This document shows positions 8,527 to 19,882 of a DNA stretch of 64,000 nucleotides, one piece after another. A model generated the notes under the pieces. That model did no database searches. It was not told the origin of the DNA and saw only the letters and a list, made by a program, of their open reading frames with translations. Position 1 is the first letter of the stretch, and each line of letters opens with the position of its first letter. The translations under genes and the position numbers were made by a program. Source of the DNA: an uncultured Planctomycetaceae bacterium (GTDB lineage Bacteria; Planctomycetota; Planctomycetia; Isosphaerales; Isosphaeraceae); the NCBI GenBank assembly GCA_963833985.1, contig CAWIAD010000002.1, positions 1,344,001-1,408,000 of the forward strand. Direction: 5' to 3'.

Positions 8527-11500
8527 TTATTGCTCCTCTAGCCTGAGCAGTGCTGGCCTTCTACTTCCGCGAGTCTGTACGACCAAATTCTGCTCGGCAC
8601 AGCGACCAACCAATTCGACGGGTTCCGAGAGGAAAGCAAACGGACGGGGTTTCACTTGCCGTCGGATCTCGTCATGGCACTCATCCAGTTTATGGATCTC
8701 CGTATAGGGCGACGGTCGGCTGTGGAAGAAGCCCTCCTTCAAGTCGAACACCCAATTCCCTAGCCCAGCGGTCTCTCCTGTCAAACGCCACTCCTGCGTA
8801 CGTCGATTCACGACCCATGCCATTCCATTGGATTGCCGCACTGCAAGCTCGTCGCCATCAGGAGAGAATTGCAGACCGACGATCCACCTCGTCCCTCTTT
8901 GGTACAGTTCCTCACGAGGTTGAAAGCATTCAACCGACGCTTTTCCTCCTTCTAGGCCAGCGACTGGGAGGATCAGCACGGTGTTGGAGCGGAAGCCTAT
9001 GGCCAATAGAGACCCATCGCTCGATAAGGCGATGCTTGCGATACCTAGCTTTGTAGTCTCGAACTCACGACTTGGACAGAAATCCTGTCCGTCCTCGGAC
9101 AGCCATAGCTCGTCAAGCCGACTATTCTGGAGGACATCTGGGCTTTGTTTCGTAAGCCATTCGAGGACGCCGATCCCGAATGGCTGGACCGATTCGCCTA
9201 TGATGTGATACAGATGCGCGTTCTGACCACCGACGGCGAACAGCGTACCGTCGTGCGTACAAGCTACGCACGATGGTCTCCACGTCAATTCGATCGACAC
9301 CAAGACATCGATGCCGGAGGGAGTGTACCGCCATACGTTCAGTTGCCCCTCTAACTCGGCGACTCCAAGCAGTGGCGCGGTCGAAGCAGCGGCCAAGCCT
9401 GCGAATTGGCCCGACAGCCGTTTCGATTGCCGGCTTTCTGCTCGCTCCAACTCGAGCGTGATAATCTCGTCGGCCTCCGTGGCCATCGCGAAACGGCTGT
9501 CATTGTCGTAGAAGCAACCGGCAATGACACGGCTGCTCGCTCCACGATGAACGTAGACCACCTTGCCGTTAACCGCGTTCCGAGTCACAAGTCGCCCATC
9601 TGAGGTTGTCATTCCAAGAAGCTTCTCGTCTCGGCTGAGCGCCGTCCATGTCGTCGTTGGCGGCACAGATACGGAATGATCGCCCCGCATGACCAGAACC
9701 TGACCCCACCGCGTGCCGATGTAGAAGCTTCCGTCTTCTCGACCGGAGGGCGCCACACACGTCGCGTCGCATGCGCCCGGAGTTCGCGTTGCGACCAGCT
9801 TCTGCTGATGGCTAACTGAGTAGATCACGACTTCGCCAGCGCTGGTGACGACTGCGCAATGCATGCCGTGTGGATCAGCGGCAATGTGCGTTACTCTGCC
9901 GTCCAGTTGACATTGCGTTCTCGTGTCTTCGAGGATCGACGCATCGGACAGTACCTGATGAACCCACAACGATTGATCCTGAGTCACCGCGAACATGCGG
10001 GTTCCCTCGCCTGAAAAGGTGACCGAAGTGACGGAACTCCCAAGATCCAAGTGCCCTCCCCAAATCGCTTGGTGCTGATCGAGTAACTCCCCTTCCAGCC
10101 AAAGCGAATAGAGTCTTCCCTTCTCAGTGCCGATGATCAGCAGATCATCTCTCTGCGGCACGAATGCTACGCACGAGCAAAGATCTCCTTTCTCGGGCAA
10201 CTCAAAGTTCACGTTGGTCCGAGAGTCCAATCGACGGACGTATACACGATCCGCATGGTCGGCAATTGCTACACAGAGCTTCGCTTTTTCTGATATCGCA
10301 ACGTCGAGTACGGGAATCCCTTGCTTCATAGCCCCCGGTCGGTCTTGAGCGTCGGGCGTGTCATTATTGACATAGAACGAGTGAATAGGTTCACCGCCTG
10401 AACCTTGCGCCAGGCCATTTTTATCCTCGACCCATAGATGCACATTCCCTCTTGTATTTCCAGTCGCAAGCACTCGCGCTACTTGTCCCCATTGCGCAAG
10501 TGCAGTGGTGACGCGAGCGTGTGGTCAATGTGCGGTGTTCCACGACAGCAACATGGGGGTTGTAAGGAAATTGACTTCTCTCCAACATAATTCCACTTGC
10601 TTCCCAAGGCACAATGCTCCCATCCTGAGCAAAGCTGACCACCAGTTCGGGGTCGGGTCTCTTTGGTGTGAGAACGGCTAACGCCGTGATCGAGGACGTG
10701 TGAACGTGGAACGCAGGAACGGTGAGATGGTCGGGGCGTGCGATGGTACGCACCCATTGCCGTCGAGGGTATCCGAATTCGCGCCACTTCGTGACCAAAG
10801 CGACGAGTTCCCCATCAGGGGGTTCTGCACGGTCGTCGATCTCCCTCCAAGTTGGCGCGGCTTCGTGCTGTAAACACTGGAACAAATGGTCTGGGTGGTC
10901 GAGCACAAAAGCCATGTGGCGCTTGAGTGCTTTGGCAATCTGACGTATCGCCTCACATTGGCGGTAATTCCGAGGCAACTTATCGCCCACTCGTTCGAGG
11001 TCGTCGATAAGCCCGACGACAAGCTCGGAGCCACTCTCGGAGGCCTTTGCCTCGAGGAACTTCAGGTCAGTAAGCAGGGGCGCGAGGTCGTCCCATCTCT
11101 CGGCCTCGAGGAGGTGAGTGGGCAGGAATCGGAGGTAATACGCCGACATTCCTGCGGCGTTGGCCCTCCACTCTGCGAGGCCGGCTTTTGCCAGGCGATC
11201 ATGGCCGTTGGATCGGCTCACATAAAAATGCCTAGCGCGTGCTTTGTCCGTGAGCCACCCTGCCAGCCACGAGGCGGCGAAGCTGTAGCGAGCGCCGCCC
11301 GAGCTAGGCTGGGCGTGCAACCAGGTCGCGACCCGGTCCAGGAGGTCCCGCAGTTTGTACTCGGCCTCCATTCCTGTCGCCGCCCCGATCAGTTTCGTTG
11401 TCGGTGGTTCCTGCGCAGCGAGGATGACTTCGAAGACGGTCCTCGTATCCTCGAACCCCCGGGCATCGGGAAATAGTCGTCTCAGCGAGCGGCTGACCAA

Positions 11501-13480
11501 CGCGTCGAGCCCCTTAGGTAGCTTGTCCAACTCGTCAAAACTGTTCTGATCCTGCTCGATGCCCTGAATTGCCAGCCTGACGTAGAGGAAATTCCGATCA
11601 CTTCTCTTAATCAGGAGGGAGGCTGCCTCATCCAACGTCACACGGGCTTGCGCAAGTCGCTCTTGCAAGTTTGGCTCACCGAGCCAACTGGAGATGAACC
11701 GACGCAGGTCTTCATCGACGTCCTTAAGGTGGGCTGGATTGTCAGCCCCGATCTCCACCGGTGGGCGCACATCAGAGAATTGCTGCAGGACCTCGGGGTC
11801 ATTGCTTGCGGTGGCAACGACTCGAAGCCAGGCGGGCAGTCGCCGGGTGCGACAGCAGAGAAGGTCCAGGATAGTCTGTTTTGAGACGTTGCGGTCAAGC
11901 GATTCGTCGAGCGCGTCGATCACGATGTACGCCACGTCGTCCCGATTGCGCGGCAGGCGTTGGAGGGGAGCGAGGATCCCGGCCTCGAAGGCGCTGGCGG
12001 GGTCAGCGCGACAATTCGCCGGACCGAGCGCTTCTTTCTCTGCATCGGACAGCGCCTCCCAGTATCCCGCCAGGTTGCCAGCTAGCATGCCGGCCAGGCT
12101 CCTGACGAAGCGCGACGGAGCCAACGTCTCAGGGGTATCGTACTGGCAGAAGTGGTAAGCCAGGATCCGCCCACTTGGGTTGCGGCGGACAAGCTCGGCC
12201 AGGAATGTGGATTTACCAACCCCCATGTTCCCCGTAAGTAGGAGAACCCGCTCTGCGCCGTGTGCGAGCCAGGCGTCGACTTCGTCGAAGAGCCAGGGCC
12301 GGTGGGTGTAGCGACTGAGCTTCTCCTGGAGGTAAGCCGAAAAGTCCAGCGGTTCAGGCACCGACGCCGTGCTCTCCAGCCAGTCACGTAATGCCGCAGC
12401 GAGGTCCCCAGCAGTCTGGAACCTCTCTTCTGGCTGTTTCCGGAGACACTTGCGGACGATTTCATCTAGGCTTCTGGGGACCGACGTATTCAAATCTCTG
12501 AGAGGCGGCGCCTCATAGTTTTCGATCCAGTTTTCGATCTCCTCCCTCGTACCCTGAAACGGTCGCCGACCGGTCAGTAACTCGTAGAAAACCACGCCCA
12601 GACTCCAGACGTCCGACCGCCGATCAGGGCTGCCAGCTCGGCCCTGCACCCATCGCAATTGTTCGGGAGAAGCGTAAATGCGCGTGGCGCCGGGCGAGGC
12701 TTGGCGCTCAAGCAGCTCACCCGCCGCACCCGCAAGGCCAAAGTCGGCGATGCGCGGTCCGCCCTCGTCGTCGAGGAGGATATTCGCAGGCTTCAAATCG
12801 CAGTGGATCAGCGCCTGCCTGCCCTTCCCCCGCTCGTGTAGGCGATGCAGCGAGTCCGCCACTCGTTGCATGAGCTGGGCCGCCTCTCTGGGCTGGACGC
12901 CGGAAGGGTGGCTGCGGATCAGATCTTCCAGGGAGCCTCCCGAGAGCAACTGCATGACGACGTAAGGTTGGCCGTTTTCGAACTGGCCGTAATCGTGCAC
13001 CTGGACAACGCCCTCCAGCTCAAGCCTGGCAAGCGTCTGCATCTCCTGCTCGAAGCGTCTGACTGCCTGCGGGCTGGAAAGGCGGTTCGAGTTGAGGACT
13101 TTTAAGGCCACCTCGCGACCCATCTTCGTATCCCTCGCGCGAAACACGGTACCAAAGCCGCCTGCGCCGAGCTTCTCGACAAGGGCGTATCGGACGCCAT
13201 ATTCCTTTGGTTCCGCGTCCCACGCACGCCGGACTGCCGCGTCCTGCCCAGGAAAGCGGCCTATATACTCGGCCAAAGTCGGCAACTCACCTGCATGCCA
13301 CCGGATGGGATGCTCCTCGCGCAGGAGATCCTCGAGCAGGTTCGGCCTCTCGGTATCCGCCACCTGCATGAGGTAGTCCTCGATGGACGGCCGCTGACCA
13401 GCCTTGAAGGCTTCTTTAAACTCGTAGCATAGGCGTACCCGTCTCCTGTCAGGCGATCCACGTTGGTCTTCAGAGAGCAT
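8527..13480 (-). CDS. Ser/Thr kinase - NACHT/STAND NTPase - WD40 repeat protein (about 1650 aa; apparent frameshift at about 10500)
   Basis: Kinase motifs LGAGGFG, VALK, HCDLKPANILL, DFG and SDVWSLG; Walker A GNMGVGKS, ILAYHFC and Walker B YIVIDALDE. Beta-propeller repeats continue in ORF 8527..10473. Confidence 0.85.
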
Positions 13481-13513
13481 GGCTGACTGCGCTCCAGTGC
13501 GGGTCTTGTCGGC

Positions 13514-14125
13514 CTACCTGTCGGCCGCGAAGGTCTGGTCCCATTGCTCGTGGATGTTTACCAGTTTGCGGTAGACCGTTCTCTCCGTCATCCTTAGTGC
13601 CTCGGCGATCTCTGCCCGGGTTCTCCCTCCAAGGTCCATCTCGGCGATTTGTTTCAGCTCCGCGTCATCCAGCTTGTCGATCGCAACGCGGTAAGTGTCA
13701 CGTAATTCGGCGAGAGCCTCAGGCCCGGTGAGCTGACTCACGACGCCGTCCATGCCATCTGCAACATTCATTGATGAGTCTCGGCCACCGCGTTTCTTTG
13801 CTGTTATTCGATCGCGCTGGTCGTAGACCTTGCGGATCATGATCTTCACCAGTAGCCCCCAGAGTTCGTGACGGTTCTGCAGGTTCCGGATCTGGCCCGC
13901 CTTGACTGCGGCGCAGAAGCTATCGAATGCGCTAAGTGCAGCGTCCTCCTCATCCTCCGTCGGACGGGGTATGTTTCCGAACTTCCTGCGGTAAGTTTGG
14001 CGTCCCAACCCTACTAACCTCTCGAGATATCGCTCGACGAGCCGGGTCACGGCATCCTCGTCACCCTCGTAGAGCCCGTCGAACCAGGCTGTCACGCTGT
14101 GCTGCTCTGCCATGGGTGAGTTCAT
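13514..14125 (-). CDS. ECF-type sigma factor (planctomycete kinase-associated type)
   Basis: SVTAW...GDEDAVTRLVERYLERLV, DEEDAALSAFDSF, LQNRHELWGLL, AKKRGG and a sigma4 HTH EIAEALRMTERTVYRKL; directly upstream of the kinase. Confidence 0.9.
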   Translation of the reverse strand: MNSPMAEQHSVTAWFDGLYEGDEDAVTRLVERYLERLVGLGRQTYRRKFGNIPRPTEDEEDAALSAFDSFCAAVKAGQIRNLQNRHELWGLLVKIMIRKVYDQRDRITAKKRGGRDSSMNVADGMDGVVSQLTGPEALAELRDTYRVAIDKLDDAELKQIAEMDLGGRTRAEIAEALRMTERTVYRKLVNIHEQWDQTFAADR

Positions 14126-14368
14126 CCCAATTTCCCGGTTCGATCGCGCGTCTCGAACCTGCAAGTCCTCTGAGGGCGCGAAACTTCGGACGCAAGACCC
14201 CGTCTCCAGGTTCCCGCCCTACTGCGCGATGTGTGCGAGCATTTCTTGCCCGTCGTGTCAGTCCCGGCGGGAAACGGCGGAGTTTACACGCGGAGACGGC
14301 GATCGCCGCGGGAAGTCACCGTTGACGTCGCCATGAGACGGGTCGCCGTCTCTGGGAGAACTAAAGCC

Positions 14369-15628
14369 ATGTTACCGCTAACTATGAAGCACTTGGAGTG
14401 GGCAGCGCTGATTCTGCTTCTTCCAGCGGTCGCCCGGAGCCGGACGGCGGAAACCCTCGTCCCCCACCCTGCCGTGGAATCCGCGGCGGCCGGGGCGAAC
14501 CCGATGAACGCGACGCGCCAACTCGGTCGGTTCGGTGAGTCGTTCGTCCGCGAGAACCTGCGCGCTAGCGGATACGAAGTCTACGACGCCAATCTGAATG
14601 ATCGCGGAATCGACCTTCTCGCGGTGAAGCGGAGCCCTCAAGGCGAACTGATCGAAGTGCGGCCGATCGAGGTCAAGACGCGCTCGCGAGGAGTTGATTT
14701 CCGGCTCGAAAGTACCCAGGACGGCTTTCAACTCTCCTCTGGGTGGACCGACAAGCGGCTCGCTCAACTGGCGCGGGATCACCCCGATCCTACGCTGCGC
14801 CGCCTCGCGGCCGATGTGCTGGTCCTCAAGGATTCGCATCCCGAGAGGATCAGGCCGCGACTCCACGGCCTGTCAACCGGTGATAACGCCTACAAGGTCT
14901 TCCTCATTGAACCGAAGTCGGGGGCCATTCAGGGCCTGGAGAGCGAGAGTTCACTCACGAGATTCCTGAGGAAGCTCGCCGAGGCCAACGTTAAACCAGC
15001 CATCCGACAGGCCGCAGTCCGGCACCTCCAGCAGTTCGACCAGATCCAGGCTGGCGTCTTGAGTCGCGAGGCGTCTTCCACCGCCGTAGCGGCCCGACCG
15101 GTAACTCCGGCCAGCGCTGTCTCAAAGCAGGTGCCGGGCCCAACATCGACGTCCCTTTCGGAGGCCGCCGAGGTCGTGGCCTCCGAATCCGGGGTGATCG
15201 CCAAGGCGCTTCCCATCGCGGCCAAGACAGTGGCTGTCGCCGCAGTGGTTGCCGATGGCGTCACGCGTGGCCATCAGGCCTATCAGGTCGAGCAGCGGTT
15301 CCAGCGGGGCGAGATATCCGACCGCGATCGGGTTCTCGCCCATGCCAGGAACGGCAGCGGGATGGCCTTGAGCTGGACAGGGGCTGCGGCCCTCGCATCG
15401 CAGGGAGCCGCTTGGGGCTCGGCGCTCGGTCCCTTCGGGACGGCAGGCGGTGGTGTCATCGGCGGCGTGGCCGGCTACCTGGGCGGAGAAAAGGTGGCCG
15501 AGGTCGCGGTCGAACATGGCGCCGACGCTATCTACGCCGGAGTCAATGCCGCCCGAGATTCGGTGGGATGGGTCAACGGCCAAGCCACTCAACTGTGGGG
15601 CGTGACCAGGTCCCACCTTGGTTGGTGA
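14369..15628 (+). CDS. Exported protein with a PD-(D/E)XK nuclease-like domain and C-terminal glycine-zipper helices
   Basis: Signal-like WAALILLLPAVA; LGRFGESFVRENLRASGYEV...RGIDLLAVK...IEVKTR; C-terminal GAAWGSALGPFGTAGGGVIGGVAGYLGG. Confidence 0.6.
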   Translation: MLPLTMKHLEWAALILLLPAVARSRTAETLVPHPAVESAAAGANPMNATRQLGRFGESFVRENLRASGYEVYDANLNDRGIDLLAVKRSPQGELIEVRPIEVKTRSRGVDFRLESTQDGFQLSSGWTDKRLAQLARDHPDPTLRRLAADVLVLKDSHPERIRPRLHGLSTGDNAYKVFLIEPKSGAIQGLESESSLTRFLRKLAEANVKPAIRQAAVRHLQQFDQIQAGVLSREASSTAVAARPVTPASAVSKQVPGPTSTSLSEAAEVVASESGVIAKALPIAAKTVAVAAVVADGVTRGHQAYQVEQRFQRGEISDRDRVLAHARNGSGMALSWTGAAALASQGAAWGSALGPFGTAGGGVIGGVAGYLGGEKVAEVAVEHGADAIYAGVNAARDSVGWVNGQATQLWGVTRSHLGW

Positions 15629-15788
15629 TGCCGACGGCCCTCCAGCCGTGGACGACCTACGGGCAGTCGGCGAGTTTGGTAGCGGCTTGCGGACGCGAAT
15701 AAACGACTACCACGCGATTGCTTCATCCAGGCTCCGGATCATCCCGATCGACCGGTCTGAGAAACTCTTTCATTGAAAGGACCTCATC

Positions 15789-15929
15789 ATGGCCAGACGA
15801 GTGCGACACATCCAGGCGAGGCCGGGCGAGTGGATCAAGGTTCATCGGCCCCGGCGCCAGAACAACTTCGACGATTACGGCTGGATCATCATCGTTATCT
15901 TCCTGCTCCTCAGCTTCCGGGGATGCTGA
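15789..15929 (+). CDS. Small 46-aa membrane protein (below the ORF-track cutoff)
   Basis: GAAAGGA RBS then MARRVRHIQARPGEWIKVHRPRRQNNFDDYGWIIIVIFLLLSFRGC*, with one C-terminal TM helix. Confidence 0.55.
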   Translation: MARRVRHIQARPGEWIKVHRPRRQNNFDDYGWIIIVIFLLLSFRGC

Positions 15930-16343
15930 CCGATCGTAGCAGCGTCACACGCACAGCTCAGCCATAAAGCTCGCCGGCTCGTGGCAGGGAGGGCAGCTTT
16001 GGGCTTAGCATTGTCAAGATGCACAAAGCCACCGTCGACAGGTTTTGGGACATCGGCGAGTTGCACTGGTTGAGCCGGGGCGCGCTCCCCCCTCTGCCGT
16101 ATACGCGATTCTACCTCGCTGAGGGTGCCTTCCGGGCACGTGATCAAATTCCGGCGCCGCTCGCGAATACCCTCGGGCGTCGGGGATCGCTCCGAGTTGC
16201 CGAGCCCGAGAGTTCGTCCTGCCCCAAGTTCACTGGAGATCGGTGGCCTTGGTCTGGCTCGGGCCGAGAGAGAAACGACTTCTGCCCGAGTTAGGTGACG
16301 GCCGACCCACATCGCCACGACGTCTCAGGATTGCATTGAAGAT

Positions 16344-16829
16344 TCAGGACAGATTGTATTGACTCTTCAAAATGCCTACTGCGATGACGGTAACTTCTAG
16401 TTTTTCGATGTAATCCAACTCAGGGACCGCATTTTCCGGTTCCCATAGGTAGGAACGGCCGTACTGCTCTTCTGGAAGCTCCGAACAGTCGATCTTCTGC
16501 TTGGTGGTGTCATTCACAAGCCACACATGGTATTCGCTCTTTCCGGTTCCCGTGTACGTTCCACGATACCGGCACATCCGGTCCTTCTTCGTAATACTCT
16601 CGTACCATTCCGATTCGTCTACTCGTCCGGCTGCTAGTCGATACGTCCTGACGCCAGCAGCCATCAGTTCCTCAAGGGCAATGGCGGCAGCATGGCCGCA
16701 CTGCATTTTCCATTCGTCACGGAACTTGGACTTCAGGCGATCGCGAACCCTTTTCACCAACATTGAGCGGGAGGTCGCGTTTGTGGGATCGAATGCTGCC
16801 GCCGCTTGGTTTCCTTGTTCGTCGGTCAC
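16344..16829 (-). CDS. Hypothetical protein, possible papain/transglutaminase-like fold
   Basis: 161-aa lower-GC ORF with GGAG RBS; QCGHAA...YHVWLV...KIDCS spacing resembles a Cys-His-Asp triad. Confidence 0.5.
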   Translation of the reverse strand: MTDEQGNQAAAAFDPTNATSRSMLVKRVRDRLKSKFRDEWKMQCGHAAAIALEELMAAGVRTYRLAAGRVDESEWYESITKKDRMCRYRGTYTGTGKSEYHVWLVNDTTKQKIDCSELPEEQYGRSYLWEPENAVPELDYIEKLEVTVIAVGILKSQYNLS

Positions 16830-16980
16830 CGGTTCGACTCCACCAAGGTCGCAGGAAGTGAGCTAGTATGGTCACAGTATCCATCAACCTGGAACGGGTA
16901 AACGTCCCTTGCCTCAGTTGGCCCATTACTACGCCGCGCCTTCGAAGCGTCTCGCCCCCCACTCAGAGTGTGCTTTCCAA

Positions 16981-18159
16981 CTAGTGTCCTGAGTTACAAA
17001 TTCGCCAAATAACCTTGACTTATCATGTATTCGTCATATAATCTCTCAAAGGAGATTTATGATGAATAAAGGTGGTCGCCCCAAGGCTACTCTCACTTTG
17101 AATGATGTCGAGCGCCAGAAACTCGAAGCGTGGTCGCGCCGGCCCAAGACCAGCCAGCGTCTCGCCCTCCGTTCGCGGATCATCTTGGCTTGCGCTCAAG
17201 GTTTCGATAATCAGGAAGTCGCCGCACAGCTCCGGGTGAATGTCGTGACGGTCGGGAAATGGCGGAAACGTTTCCTCCTCGATCGTCTCGACGGCCTGTC
17301 CGACGAGCCAAGGCCGGGGGCGCCCTGCAAAATCACGGACGCAATGGTCGAGGCCGTTGTGACCAAGACTCTGGAGGAGAAACCCAAGGCCGCCACGCAT
17401 TGGAGCACTCGGGGCATGGCGGAAGCCGTCGGCTTGTCTCAGACAGCGATCTCGCGTATCTGGCGAGCGTTCGAGTTGAAGCCTCACCGCAGCGAGACGT
17501 TCAAGCTTTCCACGGACCCCTTTTTCATCGAGAAGGTCCGCGACATCGTCGGGTTGTATATGAGCCCGCCGGAGCGCGCTATCGTCTTGAGCATCGACGA
17601 GAAGAGCCAGGTGCAAGCGTTGGACCGTACCCAGCCGTTGCTTCCCATGGGGCCTGGCCAGGCGGAGAGGCGAACTCCGGATTATGTACGCAATGGGACG
17701 ACTTCGCTGTTCGCCGCCTTGGACGTCGCGACAGGTCGTGTGATTGGCAAATGCTACCGTCGCCATCGACAACAAGAATTCCTCAAATTCCTCAACGAGA
17801 TCGATAGCCAGATCGCCAAAGCACCAGGCGTCGAGATTCACCTCGTCATGGACAACTACGGCACACACAAAGCTCCAGCCGTGAAGCGGTGGTTCGCTCG
17901 CCATCCCGAGTATCATCTGCATTTCACTCCCACCAGCGGCTCTTGGCTGAACCAGGTTGAACGATTCTTCGCGGAGATTACCGAGAAGCGAATTCGCCGT
18001 GGAGTATTCCGGAGCGTGGCGGCGTTGGAACAGGCGATCCATGAATTCCTGGCAAAACACAACGTAAATCCCAAGCCTTTCGTATGGACGGCAGATGCTG
18101 ATATGATCTTAGATCGAGTGACGAGTGTTTGTGAGCGAACTTCTAACTCAGGACACTAG
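16981..18159 (+). mobile_element. Intact IS630-family element
   Basis: Ends CTAGTGTCCTGAGTTACAAATTCGC / GCGAACTTCTAACTCAGGACACTAG (IRs with a CTAG/TA target). Confidence 0.95.
17059..18159 (+). CDS. IS630-family transposase
   Basis: HTH domains; [39 protein letters not shown] and [17 protein letters not shown] motifs. Confidence 0.95.
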   Translation: MMNKGGRPKATLTLNDVERQKLEAWSRRPKTSQRLALRSRIILACAQGFDNQEVAAQLRVNVVTVGKWRKRFLLDRLDGLSDEPRPGAPCKITDAMVEAVVTKTLEEKPKAATHWSTRGMAEAVGLSQTAISRIWRAFELKPHRSETFKLSTDPFFIEKVRDIVGLYMSPPERAIVLSIDEKSQVQALDRTQPLLPMGPGQAERRTPDYVRNGTTSLFAALDVATGRVIGKCYRRHRQQEFLKFLNEIDSQIAKAPGVEIHLVMDNYGTHKAPAVKRWFARHPEYHLHFTPTSGSWLNQVERFFAEITEKRIRRGVFRSVAALEQAIHEFLAKHNVNPKPFVWTADADMILDRVTSVCERTSNSGH

Positions 18160-18174
18160 CTCCTTCGGGGTTCC

Positions 18175-18208
18175 GTGGTGCAGTCGTGGTGCAGTCCGTG
18201 GTGCAGTC
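18175..18208. repeat. Three direct 11-bp repeats GTGGTGCAGTC
   Basis: Exact copies at 18175, 18186 and 18198, about 100 bp from the tRNA 3' end. Confidence 0.85.
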
Positions 18209-18248
18209 AGGTTTCTGAGGGGCTGAAACGGGCCCGAAACTCGAACCC

Positions 18249-18290
18249 AAAAGAAGGCCCCGAGGCGGCTTTCGCGGCTTCGGGGCCTTG
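18249..18290 (-). terminator. Intrinsic terminator downstream of tRNA-Gly
   Basis: Minus strand AAGGCCCCGAAGCCGC-GAAA-GCCGCCTCGGGGCCTT followed by CTTTT. Confidence 0.75.
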
Positions 18291-18304
18291 TTGACGTAAG
18301 TTTA

Positions 18305-18376
<72 letters not shown>

Positions 18377-18535
18377 GTGGGTCAGGCGAGAGCCAGTCCG
18401 GGCGAAGGACTCGAAGTCTTCCGCCCGGGGTGGCAACGGCCTGAATCACTGATTGAGGGTAACAGCCCGCTGGGCGGCGATCAACACCGAAGCGCGAAGA
18501 CCGCCCGCTCGGCCGTTCGCACGATCGCCGCGCAC

Positions 18536-19882
18536 TCAACGTAACGGCTTGAACGCAATGGCGCGGAACTCGACGGGGTCGTTGTGGCCGGCGAGGCCGA
18601 AGTAGCCGCTGGTGCGGTCCTTGCCGGGGTGGGCACTGTTCGCCATGAAGTCCTTCACCGTGCTCAGGTCGGCGTCCAGGATCACCGTGCCGTTCAGCTC
18701 GACCTTGATCTTCGGGCCGGTCACCGTCACCTCCTGGAAGTTCCACTCGCCCACGGGACGCTGATAACCCACCTTCGAGGGAGCCATGCCGTAGGCTGAA
18801 CCGTGGTACTGACGCGGGTCGAGCTGGCCGTACTTCGTGCTCGTGTCGTCAATGATCTGAAGCTCGCACATGCCCACGTAGGCGGTGTCGCCTTCGCCCG
18901 GATAACGGATCGCCAGGCCGTTGTTGCCGCCGGGCGGCAGCCGGAACTCCAGCCGGGCCGCGAAGTCGCTCAGGTCCTTCTTGTAGTAGATCGTGCCGCC
19001 CTGGCCGGGCTTGCACATGAGCACGCCGTCCTTCACCTGGTACTCGTCGATCGGCCCCGCCCAGCCGTTCAGGTCGTGGCCGCCGAAGATCTTCGTGAAA
19101 CCCTCGGCGCCATGCTTCGATAGAATCGCGTTGGCTTCATCGGCGGGGATCTCCCGCACCCGGATGTTCCGCCAGCGGATCTCGCTGCCGTGCGTCTGAA
19201 GCTGGATCGGACCCTTCGGCGGGATGGGCAGATCGTGGTTCCAGTAGTTCTCCAGGATCACGTGATCGACCACGAGCTTGCCGTTCAGGTAAACCGTGGT
19301 CCGCGCTCCGGTCTGGATGATCCGGAACGTGTTCCACTGGCCGATCGGGTTGTCGGCGCAGGTGAGCGGGTCCTTGCCAGCGTGCCCGGCCGCATTGTTC
19401 CAGAGGCCGCCCGAGCCCTTGTCCGCGCCCATCCTGGCATAGCTGGGCTCGGTGAAGTCCCAGATCTGGATCTGCGGCGTGCCGCGCAGGTACACGCCGC
19501 TGTCACCCTTCGGGCCGATCTTGAATTCGACGAAGAGCTCGATGTCGCCATAGTCCTTGTCGGTGGTCAGGTAGACGCCCTGGCCGTCGTTGACGATCTC
19601 GCCGCTGTCGACGCGCCAGTGCTTCTTGAAATCCTCGGCGTCGCGGGCAAGCTGTGCGGCTTTCTCGTCAGAGCCCAGCGCCGCGAACTTGCGCGGGTCG
19701 GCCGTTTCCTGTCCGTGCCAGCCGGTGAGGTCCTTGCCGTTGAAGAGGGAAATGAAGCCGGCCTGCGCCTCGGCGGTCGTGGGGGCCGCGGCCCGCACCG
19801 CCGTGCCTTGCCAGGCCAGAAGTACCATGCCAGTGCAGATCAGGAAGAATCGAGGACATCGCATGCGCGGAGACCCTTTCAT
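18536..19882 (-). CDS. Secreted tandem DUF1080 (3-keto-disaccharide hydrolase-like) protein
   Basis: Signal peptide and two repeats with LFNGKDLTGW, GDSGVYLRG, GQWNTF, GPIQLQTHG..IRWRNI / FGLAGHNDPVEFRAI. Confidence 0.9.
   Translation of the reverse strand: MKGSPRMRCPRFFLICTGMVLLAWQGTAVRAAAPTTAEAQAGFISLFNGKDLTGWHGQETADPRKFAALGSDEKAAQLARDAEDFKKHWRVDSGEIVNDGQGVYLTTDKDYGDIELFVEFKIGPKGDSGVYLRGTPQIQIWDFTEPSYARMGADKGSGGLWNNAAGHAGKDPLTCADNPIGQWNTFRIIQTGARTTVYLNGKLVVDHVILENYWNHDLPIPPKGPIQLQTHGSEIRWRNIRVREIPADEANAILSKHGAEGFTKIFGGHDLNGWAGPIDEYQVKDGVLMCKPGQGGTIYYKKDLSDFAARLEFRLPPGGNNGLAIRYPGEGDTAYVGMCELQIIDDTSTKYGQLDPRQYHGSAYGMAPSKVGYQRPVGEWNFQEVTVTGPKIKVELNGTVILDADLSTVKDFMANSAHPGKDRTSGYFGLAGHNDPVEFRAIAFKPLR

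Noticed and set aside
16019..16294. 91-aa ORF as a RelE/ParE-type toxin
   Set aside because: Only the first few residues resemble such toxins; the rest lacks the pattern and there is no adjacent antitoxin.
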